Source of the DNA: an uncultured Alphaproteobacteria bacterium
GTDB lineage: Bacteria; Pseudomonadota; Alphaproteobacteria; Methylaequorales; Methylaequoraceae
Reading direction: 5' to 3'
Assembly: GCA_902537615.1 (NCBI GenBank)
Contig: CACBBU010000001.1
Coordinates: 66,304 to 130,303 of the forward strand
Length of the DNA stretch: 64,000 nucleotides
This document shows positions 8,989 through 18,957 of the stretch, piece by piece (the stretch's first letter is position 1; every line of letters starts with the position of its first letter). The translations under genes and the position numbers were made by a program. A model generated the notes under the pieces. The model saw only the letters and a list, made by a program, of their open reading frames with translations, made no database searches and had not been told where the DNA came from.

Positions 8989-9949
8989 AATTCGGGAAAT
9001 GCTTATTCTCTTTATTAAATTTTATTATATTTTCAATCTGTCTTTTATTCATTGGAATCATATCTAATACGTCGGAGTTTTCTATGACTTCTTTTTCACT
9101 CATCATTCCTGCAATTGTAAGTGAAACATCAGGAACAGACATACAAAATCCTAAACAAAGTTGAGCTTGTGAAAGTTTTTTTGAAAGTAAGTTACTTTCA
9201 TATAATTTTTTACTGTAACTGACCCATTTCTCTTTCTGATCATTGCCCCACAAACTTCTATGATCATTTTTTGGAAAATAATTATTGGCGTTAATTTTTC
9301 CTGTCAGAAAACCAAAACTAAACGGGGTGCGAGAAATTAATTTAATGTTATTTTCTTTACACTTTTTTTCTATACCGAGCTCTATAGCTCTTGTATCTAA
9401 TATATTTAAATTAACTTGGATTGAGTCAACTAAATCTAAATTTTTAATCTGAAAAAAATCTAAAGGACTTTTTAAAGATAATCCAAATGCTCTTATTTTT
9501 CCTTTTTTTTTTTCTTTCATTAATGGTTTTAACAAGTCTAAATTTCTCAAAATTTTTTTTTCAGGGTTATGTAACTGCATTAAATCAAGATATTCCGTTT
9601 CCAAATCGTTGAGGCTTTTCTTTAGTTGGTGAACTAAAAAATTTGGTTTAAAATTTTTTTCCTCAGTAAATTTTGAAATGCCACACTTTGATGCTAAGAA
9701 AATTTCATCTCTTTTTTTTTTTTTTAGAATCTTTCCTAAAATTTTTTCACTAATTCCATATGCTGGAGAAGTGTCAAAAAAATTAATTTTTTTTAATAAT
9801 GCACTTTCAATAATCTTAATTGCATTATTTGTTGATATCTTTCCATAAGCCGGCTCAATGTCAGTTCCTCCGCCAAGTCCCCAACAACCAAAACCAAGTT
9901 TTGATTTAATGATACTGGAATTTCCTATTTTAAAATTTGTCTTAAACAA
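8978..9949 (-). CDS. Aldo/keto reductase family oxidoreductase
   Basis: N-terminal GFGCWGLGG, SPAYG, and overall AKR architecture. Confidence 0.75.
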   Translation of the reverse strand: MFKTNFKIGNSSIIKSKLGFGCWGLGGGTDIEPAYGKISTNNAIKIIESALLKKINFFDTSPAYGISEKILGKILKKKKRDEIFLASKCGISKFTEEKNFKPNFLVHQLKKSLNDLETEYLDLMQLHNPEKKILRNLDLLKPLMKEKKKGKIRAFGLSLKSPLDFFQIKNLDLVDSIQVNLNILDTRAIELGIEKKCKENNIKLISRTPFSFGFLTGKINANNYFPKNDHRSLWGNDQKEKWVSYSKKLYESNLLSKKLSQAQLCLGFCMSVPDVSLTIAGMMSEKEVIENSDVLDMIPMNKRQIENIIKFNKENKHFPNFNC

Positions 9950-9954
9950 TTACA

Positions 9955-11937
9955 TTAGTGGTGAGCCGAATAATATTTACTCATTGCCTTACTACCATAC
10001 AAATAAGCTCCTTTTTTATTTGCATACCAAACAACCTTTTTTGCCCAGTCTTGATTAGAGAACCATTTTTCGCTTTTTCTTTCAATCCTGTAATTGAATT
10101 TTCCTTTTTGAAGTTTTGTTTGTTTGCCGGTAAGTACTGATTTATAGAAATCTATGATGTTATATCCTAATGTAACTTCGTAGTTTTCATCTCTGTTTGG
10201 TAATTTTAACATTTCATAATTTATCATAATTGATTGACTTATAAGATTTTTAAATTTAAAAAGATTGGAATCATGAGCAATCATTTTTTTTAAAAGTAAT
10301 TTTTCTGATTCTTTATAAAAATCAAATATTAATTTTTTTTTATACAATTTTAAAAGCATGTACTCGTCATGTGGCCACCAGATATTTAACCATTCTTTAG
10401 AAAACTTATACTCTGGTCCACCATTTTGAATTATTAAAGCTGAATCAAAAAAGTATTTTCTAATTTTTGAAATCAATTTAAATTCTTTTCCATCCTCATT
10501 TAAAAAAAAATTTATGATTGATTTATAGTCTTGTCCTGTTAAGTGATGATAAATAATAATTGGAATTTGAAGAATTTTATTAAAATGAAGAAAAGCAGTC
10601 ATCCAAGAGAATGCTCTAGTTTTTTGCCAATCTCTTTTTGGCATTGAATCAGTTGCTATCACTAATTTTTGTTTTTCAGAAATACTAAAATTATCGTCAC
10701 CAAAAAAACCATGCATGTTAAGAATGTCTGTTTCTACAGTCTTAATACCAAATTTTTTTTGATATTTTAAATCACCAATTTCTGAGTTAGGAAGAATTGA
10801 AAGATTATTAAACTGTATCCTATTATGTTGGCCATTATGTATAAGATTTGAAACTCCTAAAGTAAAAGAATCAAAGGTTTCACCAGGTAAAGCAAGAATC
10901 AAGTCTGAGTAAGTAGTAACATTATTTTTTGTAAATAATTTTTGAAGAGTATCATAAGTCTTTAAAGATATATTATCCCTTTTTATATTATGTAAAGTCA
11001 AGGGATCAAGTGACTGCATTGATAATGTTACTCCTTTATTTAACCCAGCATCTGCTAATATTTTTTGTGTTTGGTATGCTCTTTCTGTTGTATTTTTTGT
11101 ATTTTGTACCGATAGAGCTTTTGGGTAACCTGTATTTTTTTTTTTCTTTGCCGCATACTCAGCGATTTCAATATCCCTTTTCAAAATCCCAAAGTTTGCA
11201 TCACAGCAGAAAATAAATTCAATCTTTTTTTTTGAAAACCAATCAATTTCTAATTTCAGGCGTTCTAATTCAAATTTATTAACCTTACTGGCAGTTGCCG
11301 AACCCCAATCACAAAAGGTGCATTTAAACGGACATCCCCTATTTGTTTCCCACAATATCAACCATTCATTTTTTGGATGAGACTCAATTAATTTATCAAA
11401 AATACCTGTCAAATACGGAGACGGAATACATTCTAATTCTCTTATTCTTTTTAATTCTAAATTGCTTTGAAAAACATCAAATTTATCAATCCACGAAATA
11501 CCAGAAACTTCTTTTGTATTATTATTTTCAAATGACTCTACTAAATCCAAAAAAACCTTCTCTCCCTCTCCATGAACTACGTAATCTACAAATTTATAAT
11601 TTCTTAAAAACTCCTCTGCATTATTTGGCACCTGGGGACCACCAAAAATAATTTTAATATTTTTATTAATGGCCTTTAATTTTTTTGCTATTAAAAGTGA
11701 TATTTGTTCGTTCCAGGAATATAAGCTGAAGCCAACTATATCTGCTTTGAAATAAATGTTGATGGCATCCTTTACACTCATTCTTTTGAATAATGGTTCT
11801 AAAAATGTATATTTTTCTTTATTTTTTACATATTTTTTAAAATAACTTTCAAGTAAACCGGCAGCATAGGGAAGGTAATATGCACCTGAGAAACAGTTAT
11901 TAATCTGACTAATTCCTATTTTTACTTGTTTCTTCAT
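9955..11937 (-). CDS. B12-binding domain radical SAM enzyme (class B radical SAM, methyltransferase-like)
   Basis: Radical SAM cluster motif ETNRGCPFKCTFCDW (CxxxCxxC). The N-terminal 150 aa looks like a cobalamin-binding Rossmann-like domain. 660 aa. Confidence 0.8.
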   Translation of the reverse strand: MKKQVKIGISQINNCFSGAYYLPYAAGLLESYFKKYVKNKEKYTFLEPLFKRMSVKDAINIYFKADIVGFSLYSWNEQISLLIAKKLKAINKNIKIIFGGPQVPNNAEEFLRNYKFVDYVVHGEGEKVFLDLVESFENNNTKEVSGISWIDKFDVFQSNLELKRIRELECIPSPYLTGIFDKLIESHPKNEWLILWETNRGCPFKCTFCDWGSATASKVNKFELERLKLEIDWFSKKKIEFIFCCDANFGILKRDIEIAEYAAKKKKNTGYPKALSVQNTKNTTERAYQTQKILADAGLNKGVTLSMQSLDPLTLHNIKRDNISLKTYDTLQKLFTKNNVTTYSDLILALPGETFDSFTLGVSNLIHNGQHNRIQFNNLSILPNSEIGDLKYQKKFGIKTVETDILNMHGFFGDDNFSISEKQKLVIATDSMPKRDWQKTRAFSWMTAFLHFNKILQIPIIIYHHLTGQDYKSIINFFLNEDGKEFKLISKIRKYFFDSALIIQNGGPEYKFSKEWLNIWWPHDEYMLLKLYKKKLIFDFYKESEKLLLKKMIAHDSNLFKFKNLISQSIMINYEMLKLPNRDENYEVTLGYNIIDFYKSVLTGKQTKLQKGKFNYRIERKSEKWFSNQDWAKKVVWYANKKGAYLYGSKAMSKYYSAHH

Positions 11938-12275
11938 TTATTTAATTAATACATATTTATTGATCAGAGGCAAGATTACCCTGATTTGAAAATCATCTTA
12001 TTTATCGCAAAGTCTCATCCAAAAAAAAATCAGAATTTGTAAACTATTGGATTAACGACAAAAAAATTAAATATTTTAAACTTTATGATTTGTTATTTAA
12101 AAATATTAACTTTAAATAAGTTATCTTAAATTTATTTAATACTAAATTATTTCATTAAAATTAGTTTAGTTTTAATTCAAAATCCTATTTAGCAAAATGA
12201 CAAATTTAAAATTTAAAAGAAAAAAAACTTTTTATTTACGAATAATGATGATTTGATAGAAATCTTTTAAAAAAA

Positions 12276-13028
12276 ATGATCAAAACAAAAAGATATATTG
12301 ATTCAACTTTAAAGTTTTTATACAGAAATAAAGCTATAGATATGCCAAAGGTTTGGTTAAAGTATTTTAGAGATCTTAAAAAATTAAAAAAAACACAAGA
12401 TGACGATGAGTTTACCATTTCACCTGATTATCCATGTTTAGCAGATAATACAGATAGCTCAGGTGATTTTGGTAGATATGTGTACCAAGACAGCTGGGCT
12501 TTTAAACATCTTCTATCCAAAAAACCAAAAAAACTTGTTGATATAGCATCATCAACCTATTTCGTAGCATTTGCCGCTCAATTTACATTGGTTGAATCTG
12601 TGGATATTAGGTTATTAAGTACTTCAATGAAAGCAATAAAGTCAAAAATTGGGGATGCTAAATCTTTGCCGTATCAAAATAATTCAGTTAAAGCCCTATC
12701 CAGTCTATCAGTAATTGAGCACATTGGATTAGGAAGATATGGAGACGAAGTAGATTATAATGGAATGCAAAAAGCCATTGATGAAATGAAAAGAGTTTTA
12801 GCTTTTAATGGTATGATTTTAGTTGCTTTCCCAGTAGGAAAAAAAAATGAAGTTGTCTTTAATGCTCATAGAATTTGTACTCCTGAAAAAGTATACGTGA
12901 TGTTTGAAGGGTTAAAGCTTATTGACGAAAAATATGCCCTTAGCGATAAGATAATAAGTAAAAAAGAGTATGATAAAATTGACAGACCATATTCATATGG
13001 GTGTTATTATTTCACAAAACTAAAATAA
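12276..13028 (+). CDS. Putative SAM-dependent methyltransferase-like protein (DUF268-like)
   Basis: YxQDxW...LVDIASS...DIRLL...GDAKSLPY...LSVIEHIGLGRYGD pattern resembles class I MT / DUF268 architecture. This is a weak assignment. Confidence 0.35.
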   Translation: MIKTKRYIDSTLKFLYRNKAIDMPKVWLKYFRDLKKLKKTQDDDEFTISPDYPCLADNTDSSGDFGRYVYQDSWAFKHLLSKKPKKLVDIASSTYFVAFAAQFTLVESVDIRLLSTSMKAIKSKIGDAKSLPYQNNSVKALSSLSVIEHIGLGRYGDEVDYNGMQKAIDEMKRVLAFNGMILVAFPVGKKNEVVFNAHRICTPEKVYVMFEGLKLIDEKYALSDKIISKKEYDKIDRPYSYGCYYFTKLK

Positions 13029-13053
13029 GTCGGTTTATTTTAAGTTCTTAATT

Positions 13054-13776
13054 ATGCTAAAAATTTTAAAAAATAGACTTCTTAAAAAGACAATGATTTA
13101 TCATATTTATAGGTACTTTAAATATAAAAAAAACTACTTTCCATCATATGGAGCAACGGGTGAAGATGTTCTAATTAATAAGATTTTCAAAAATAAAATT
13201 GATGGTTTTTTTGTTGACGTTGGTGCTCTTCACCCTGTCAATGGTTCATTAACATATAATCTATCTAAGAGGGGCTGGAAAGGACTAAATATTGATTTAC
13301 TTAAGGAAAACTTAATTTTATTTAATTTGTTTAGAAAACAAGACAAAAACCTCAATTTAGCAATCTCTAAAAATAAGGGTATTATTAACGCATATATATT
13401 TGAGAGAGGGTCAGGTGTAAATACAACCAACAAAAATTGGGCAGACAAATGGAAAAAAAAGATTGGAAAAAAATACTCTATTCTAAAAATAAAAAAAAAC
13501 TCATTAAATAACGTTCTTTTAACACATAAGATCAACAAGAAATTTGAATTATTAAATATAGATGTTGAAGGTCATGAAATGGAAGTTTTAAAAGGAATAA
13601 ATTTAAAAAATATTCGTCCAAAAATAATAACCATTGAAATTCATGTTGAAAAAACTGAGCAAATTTTTAAAACACAAATTTATAAACTATTAAAAAAAAA
13701 CAACTATGAACTTATTTCACAATATTATCAAACGTCTTTTTTTAAGAGTAATGAATTCCATATAATTGACATATAG
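13054..13776 (+). CDS. FkbM-family methyltransferase
   Basis: FFVDVGALHPVNGSLTYNLSKRGWKGLNID and LNIDVEGHEMEVLKG. Paralog of the 19716..20432 product. Confidence 0.7.
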   Translation: MLKILKNRLLKKTMIYHIYRYFKYKKNYFPSYGATGEDVLINKIFKNKIDGFFVDVGALHPVNGSLTYNLSKRGWKGLNIDLLKENLILFNLFRKQDKNLNLAISKNKGIINAYIFERGSGVNTTNKNWADKWKKKIGKKYSILKIKKNSLNNVLLTHKINKKFELLNIDVEGHEMEVLKGINLKNIRPKIITIEIHVEKTEQIFKTQIYKLLKKNNYELISQYYQTSFFKSNEFHIIDI

Positions 13777-13789
13777 TTTAAGCTAAATT

Positions 13790-14707
13790 ATGAAAAAAAT
13801 TAGAGAGATAGTAACTGCAAATATAATCATTTACCTAAGATTTTATTGGTTACTATTTTTTTTAAAAAAATTTCAAGAAATAAAATTTATAAGAAAATTT
13901 ACAAAATATTTTGACCCTAATTGGCTAAGAAAAATTATTGGTTTTAGTTATACACCATTCATAAAAATTATAACTTGGAACAAAGTTAGTTTATATGTTG
14001 ATTTAAATGATCACATTGGCTTCCAAAGCTTTATCAAAAATGAACCTTTTGAAATGTCGGTCTTTCATGTCGCGAAAAATTTAGGATTAGATAAAGACGA
14101 TTATATACTTGATATCGGAGCAAACATCGGTCACGCAAGTATTCCTATATGTAAAAAGCTTTCTTGTAATTTAATTGCTGTTGAGGCTTCAAAAGATAAT
14201 GCTTCTTTACTTCTGAGAAACATTAAGTTGAATAATATTAAGGCCGAAGTTCTCGTATCTGCACTTGTTTCACCAGAATTCAAGGAAAAATATACCAAAT
14301 TATATATAAGAAACGGAAATAGAGGGGCGAACTCATTGTTAGAAAGGTGGAATCCATCTATTATGGGAGACGAATATGAGTGGGCACCATGTATAACGTT
14401 AGATAATTTTTTAAATAATACTACAAATTCAAAAAAAATAAAATTGATAAAAATTGATGTTGAAGGTACGGAATATGAAGTTTTAAAAGGTGGAATTAAT
14501 TTTATAAAAAAATCAAAACTTCCAATACTAATGGAGTATAGGCTCAATGAAAGTACGAAAATAAAACTAAAAAAAATACTTTTAATGTTCAGTAAAATTT
14601 ATAACATTAATGGAATTGATGAGATGGGAAAAAAAATTTCTTTTAACCCTGAAAAAAGTTATGAAAATATCTTATTTGAAAGAAAAAATAATAAATCTAG
14701 AAAGTAA
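13790..14707 (+). CDS. FkbM-family methyltransferase
   Basis: ILDIGANIGHASIPICKKL...IAVEAS and IKIDVEGTEYEVLKGG. Confidence 0.75.
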   Translation: MKKIREIVTANIIIYLRFYWLLFFLKKFQEIKFIRKFTKYFDPNWLRKIIGFSYTPFIKIITWNKVSLYVDLNDHIGFQSFIKNEPFEMSVFHVAKNLGLDKDDYILDIGANIGHASIPICKKLSCNLIAVEASKDNASLLLRNIKLNNIKAEVLVSALVSPEFKEKYTKLYIRNGNRGANSLLERWNPSIMGDEYEWAPCITLDNFLNNTTNSKKIKLIKIDVEGTEYEVLKGGINFIKKSKLPILMEYRLNESTKIKLKKILLMFSKIYNINGIDEMGKKISFNPEKSYENILFERKNNKSRK

Positions 14708-14771
14708 TTTTTTAATTGTGTTACCATAAAGTCTTAATAAAAAATTATCCATGTAAAAATGATGTAAAAAA

Positions 14772-15647
14772 ATGTCTTTGGTGAAAAGTTTTTCAGAAAA
14801 AATAAAAAAAAATAAAAAAAAAAAATTACAGCGAAAAAATAGTTTAATTTCTATAAAAAAGAATATTGATGAGCTTTATGATTTAATTTATCAAGTTGTA
14901 ACCACTTACTCAAAAAAAGAACATACAAATCCTCTAAACTCATTCGGTAAAAAATGTTTCTCACAATCAGATGAGGATGGAATTACAATTGAAATTTTTA
15001 AAAGGTTAAATAATCTTAGTTCAGGATTTTTTCTGGAGTTAGGAGTCGGTGATGGAACAGAAAACAATACACTAATTTTATTATCACTTGGTTGGAAAGG
15101 TTTTTGGGTCGGCGGTTCTGACCTTGCATTTGAAACGTCAAGCAGTAAAAAGCTTAAATTCTATAAAAATTGGATCACTGTAGAAAATATTTTATCAATA
15201 CTTAATAAAGGCTTAAAGCATCTAAAAGTTAAGGAATTAGATTTAATATCTGTTGACTTAGATGGTAACGATTTTCATATTGTAGAAAAAATTCTAAATT
15301 CTGGTTTTTTCCCTAAAGTATTTATCTTAGAATACAATGCTAAATTTCCTCCACCAGTTAAATTCAAAATTAATTATAATCCAAAACATCAATGGAGAAA
15401 CGATGATTATTTTGGAACATCATTAGAATCATGGAATAGCCTCCTAACAAAATTTGGTTACAGATTACTATGTTGTAACTCTCAAACTGGAGCCAATTGC
15501 TTTTTTGTTAAAAATAAATTTTCTAAACTTTTCAAAGAGGTACCGAATGATATTAATCAAATTTATTCCGAACCGAGATATCTTCTTCATAAAAACTTTG
15601 GCCATAAAAAAAGCATTGAATTAATAACACAAATTATTAATAGCTAA
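14772..15647 (+). CDS. Hypothetical protein, divergent FkbM-like family; paralog of the 489..1427 ORF
   Basis: See 489..1427. FLELGVGDGTENN has a glycine-rich MT-like motif. LISVDLDGNDFHIVEKIL matches the FkbM IDVEG block. An A12 tract at 14814-14825 encodes KKKK. Confidence 0.5.
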   Translation: MSLVKSFSEKIKKNKKKKLQRKNSLISIKKNIDELYDLIYQVVTTYSKKEHTNPLNSFGKKCFSQSDEDGITIEIFKRLNNLSSGFFLELGVGDGTENNTLILLSLGWKGFWVGGSDLAFETSSSKKLKFYKNWITVENILSILNKGLKHLKVKELDLISVDLDGNDFHIVEKILNSGFFPKVFILEYNAKFPPPVKFKINYNPKHQWRNDDYFGTSLESWNSLLTKFGYRLLCCNSQTGANCFFVKNKFSKLFKEVPNDINQIYSEPRYLLHKNFGHKKSIELITQIINS

Positions 15648-15760
15648 TATTTTTTTGGAATATTTATAAATTGACCTTTAAAAATACATTTAATCATCAT
15701 TTTCTATGATTAGGTTTTGCAATTAATATTTATGTTTATATTATTTATCTGGAGATTATC

Positions 15761-16885
15761 TTGAAAAAAAAATTTATTAACGTTTCTGAACCAAAGCTAT
15801 CAAGCAAGACAAAAGATTATGTTTTGGATTGTATAAAAACTGAATGGATCTCATCATCTGGATCATACCTAGAATCGTTTGAGAAAAAATGGGCCAAATA
15901 TTGTAATATGAAATATGCTGTTTCTGTTACAAGTGGAACTGCTGCACTAATAGTTGCTCTTAAAGCACTTAATTTAAAGCCTGGTGATGAAGTTATTATG
16001 CCCTCTTTTACAATAATCTCTTGCGCTTTAGCTATAATAGAGGCGGGAGGAAAACCTGTATTAGCTGATTGTGACCTTGATACCTGGTGTATTAAAACAG
16101 ATGAAATTAAAAGAAAAATTAGTAGTCGGACAAAAGCTATTTTAATTGTTCACATGTTTGGTCATCCAGCAAACATAGATGAAATCAAAGAAATTATCAA
16201 GAATAAAAAAATTGATCTAATTGAAGATGCAGCGGAGTCTCACGGATCAAAATTTAAAAATAAAGTAGTGGGTTCCTTTGGTAAAATCTCTTGCTTCAGT
16301 TTTTACGTTAATAAACTTATAACAACTGGAGAGGGTGGCATGGCATTAACAAACGATACGAGTCTATATAATAAAATGAAGAATCTTAGAAACCTTGCAT
16401 TTAATAAAACAAGAAGATTCTCTCATAATGAAATTGGCTACAACTATAGAATGACCAATATTCAGGCAGCAATTGGATTAAGCCAGCTAGAAAAAATTAC
16501 AGAACACATCAAAATAAAAAGACAAAATACTTTTTTATATAATAAAATTCTCACTTCTTATAATCTTCCAATTTCGCTTCCTTCAGAAAAACAATGGGCC
16601 AAGAGTACTTTTTGGATGTATGGGATTGTTCTCAAAAATAAGAAAATGACAGCAAAAACATTATCAAGAAAACTATTTGATAACAAAATTGAAACTAGAC
16701 CTCTTTTTTTAGGCATGCACGAACAGCCTATTTTTAAAAAAATGAATCTATTTGACAGTGACAGTTATCCCAACACTGAATATCTTTCAAAATATGGCTT
16801 ATATCTCCCATCCGGCTTGAGATTAAATAAACCAAAAATAAAATTAATTTGTAAAACTTTAAAAAGTATTCTTAGTGGAAAATAA
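15761..16885 (+). CDS. DegT/DnrJ/EryC1/StrS family PLP-dependent sugar aminotransferase (perosamine-synthase-like)
   Basis: Full-length similarity pattern of the DegT family, including SSGSYLESFEKKWAKY, SGTAALIVALKAL and the conserved SFYVNKLITTGEGG with Lys. TTG start at 15761 preceded by GGAG 6 nt upstream. Confidence 0.9.
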   Translation: MKKKFINVSEPKLSSKTKDYVLDCIKTEWISSSGSYLESFEKKWAKYCNMKYAVSVTSGTAALIVALKALNLKPGDEVIMPSFTIISCALAIIEAGGKPVLADCDLDTWCIKTDEIKRKISSRTKAILIVHMFGHPANIDEIKEIIKNKKIDLIEDAAESHGSKFKNKVVGSFGKISCFSFYVNKLITTGEGGMALTNDTSLYNKMKNLRNLAFNKTRRFSHNEIGYNYRMTNIQAAIGLSQLEKITEHIKIKRQNTFLYNKILTSYNLPISLPSEKQWAKSTFWMYGIVLKNKKMTAKTLSRKLFDNKIETRPLFLGMHEQPIFKKMNLFDSDSYPNTEYLSKYGLYLPSGLRLNKPKIKLICKTLKSILSGK

Positions 16886-17657
16886 GTTTTTTAAAAAAGA
16901 CTATTCTCTTTTATATGATGTAATTTATTCAAAAAAAAATTACAAAGCAGAAGCAAATTTAATATCTCAAATAATAAAAAAATTTCACACACCAAATATA
17001 AAAATTCTTGATATTGGTTGCGGTACTGGTGAACATACACTGGAGCTTTTAAAAAAAGGATATAAAGTAACAGGAATTGACTTTTCAAATGAAATGCTCA
17101 AAATCGCGAAAAAAAAATTATTATCAAACAAATTATATTCAAATAATCTTTTCAATCTGAATGCTTATGATGTAAATAAACTTGAAGTTAAATTTAACGT
17201 TATTTTAATGATGTTTAACGTAATTGGCTACTTGGATGATGTTCATTTTTTTTTTGAGAAGTTAAAGGATTGCCTTGAACCAAATGCTTTAGTTTTTTTT
17301 GATTATTGGTCAGAAAAAGCAGTAAAAAAAAACCCTCCAAAAACAACAAAAAAAGAATTTTTATATAAGGATTTTAAGGCAACGAGAATATCTAAAGGAA
17401 AAATAATAAAGAATAAAGTTAAAGTAGACCTAATTTTAAATATAATAAAAGAAAACAAAACAAAAAGTTTTGATGAAACACATAATGTTGGCTTTTATGA
17501 TATAAGAAGTCTTGTTAAAACTATACAAAAACTTGGTTATAAAAAAAAAAATATTGGATTAAATAAATTTGAAAAAATTATTAATTCTAAATCGCAATGG
17601 GAAAAATTTTGTTTATTAAAATATGAAAAAAAAAAAATCTTTAGTACCAAAAGTTAA
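16875..17657 (+). CDS. Class I SAM-dependent methyltransferase
   Basis: Motif I ILDIGCGTGEHT; acidic motif II GIDFS. 11-nt overlap with the upstream degT-like gene. Confidence 0.75.
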   Translation: MENKFFKKDYSLLYDVIYSKKNYKAEANLISQIIKKFHTPNIKILDIGCGTGEHTLELLKKGYKVTGIDFSNEMLKIAKKKLLSNKLYSNNLFNLNAYDVNKLEVKFNVILMMFNVIGYLDDVHFFFEKLKDCLEPNALVFFDYWSEKAVKKNPPKTTKKEFLYKDFKATRISKGKIIKNKVKVDLILNIIKENKTKSFDETHNVGFYDIRSLVKTIQKLGYKKKNIGLNKFEKIINSKSQWEKFCLLKYEKKKIFSTKS

Positions 17658-18063
17658 ATTTTTCAAGAACTCTATTTTTTCTCACCAAGACTCAAGAAGA
17701 GGTTTAATAGGCTTGGCTGGTAACTTAAAGTTTGTTAATGATTCTAAACAAATTAAAATTATTAATGTTACTAAAAAGTCTGTTAAAAATGAAATTATCG
17801 GAAATCACAGGCATATCCGTAAATCTAATCAATGGGAATATATTTATGTATTACATCAGAATACAAAGAAAAAGATTTTTGAATTCAGATATAAAAATTA
17901 TGATGAGCCAATTAAAAAAAAAATACTGTTTGCAGGAGATTGTGTGAGCGTTCCACCTGGATGTGCTCTGGGCCTGTTACCACTTGTTGAAGATTCAATT
18001 CTAATTGAAATTTCTAATAAAATTTATCACGACAATTATGAAAAAATTAATTTATTTGAGTAA
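17623..18063 (+). CDS. Small cupin-like protein, possibly a WxcM/FdtA-like sugar keto-isomerase or epimerase domain
   Basis: About 146 aa. Its position between an aminotransferase/MT and GT genes is typical for FdtA/WxcM-like cupins. Only weak sequence cues (FAGDCVSVPPG). Confidence 0.3.
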   Translation: MKKKKSLVPKVKFFKNSIFSHQDSRRGLIGLAGNLKFVNDSKQIKIINVTKKSVKNEIIGNHRHIRKSNQWEYIYVLHQNTKKKIFEFRYKNYDEPIKKKILFAGDCVSVPPGCALGLLPLVEDSILIEISNKIYHDNYEKINLFE

Positions 18064-18065
18064 AT

Positions 18066-18956
18066 ATGAAAATTAACATTGTTAATCTTGATAAAGACGG
18101 CTGGATACTGACGAAATTCGCTAAAAATATTTATAGAGAACTTAAAAAGAAAGGGCTTGAAGTTTTTTTAAGCAAAAAACCGAAAGAAAATGTAGATGTA
18201 AATCATTACATAATTTTTCTTTTTTTAAAAAATCAACAGGAATTCTTTCCCATTAATACTATTAATACAACAATGCTAACTCATGTAAATGATCAAATTA
18301 GATATGATAAGGTAAGATCAACAGCCAAGTTTTTAGATGCAGGTATAGCTATGTCCGAACATCATGGAAACGAGATTATCAAAAAAAAACTTGGTTTAAA
18401 AAAAGTTTATTTTGTACTTCCTCCCCATGATAATGATCAAATAATTAAAAAAGTAAATTTTGGAATTTTCTCAAATACTTACTCTGACGGAAGAAAGAAT
18501 GAAAAAGTTTTATTAGATGTTCTTTCAAAACTTGATACTGAACTATTTAAAATCACAATTATTGGTAAAGGGTGGAAAAAAATAGTTGATGGACTTAGGC
18601 AAAATAATGTAGAGGTAAAATATTATAGTTTTTTTTTTAGAACTATTTATTTAAAAGAGTTTAATAAAATTGATTATTTAATCTATCTTGGTAATGATGA
18701 AGGCTCTATGACGTTTATGGACGCAATACAGTTTGGCATTAAAACTATTATGATACCTCAGGGATTTCAATACGACCTAAAGGAATTAGTTTCACATCAT
18801 TTAAAAAAAGATCTTTCTAACTTAAGTGAAATTTTGGTAAAAATTTTAAATAAAAAAAAGAAATTTAAGAAATATAAAAATAATCTAACATGGGAAAATT
18901 ACGCCAATAATCACATAAAAATTTGGAAAGAAATTAAAAAGAAAAAAAACTTTTAG
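18066..18956 (+). CDS. Putative glycosyltransferase (GT-B-like C-terminal motif)
   Basis: YLGNDEGSMTFMDAIQFGIKTIM resembles the GT4 EX7E region (EGFG...EA...G.P.I). Confidence 0.4.
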   Translation: MKINIVNLDKDGWILTKFAKNIYRELKKKGLEVFLSKKPKENVDVNHYIIFLFLKNQQEFFPINTINTTMLTHVNDQIRYDKVRSTAKFLDAGIAMSEHHGNEIIKKKLGLKKVYFVLPPHDNDQIIKKVNFGIFSNTYSDGRKNEKVLLDVLSKLDTELFKITIIGKGWKKIVDGLRQNNVEVKYYSFFFRTIYLKEFNKIDYLIYLGNDEGSMTFMDAIQFGIKTIMIPQGFQYDLKELVSHHLKKDLSNLSEILVKILNKKKKFKKYKNNLTWENYANNHIKIWKEIKKKKNF

Positions 18957-18957
18957 T

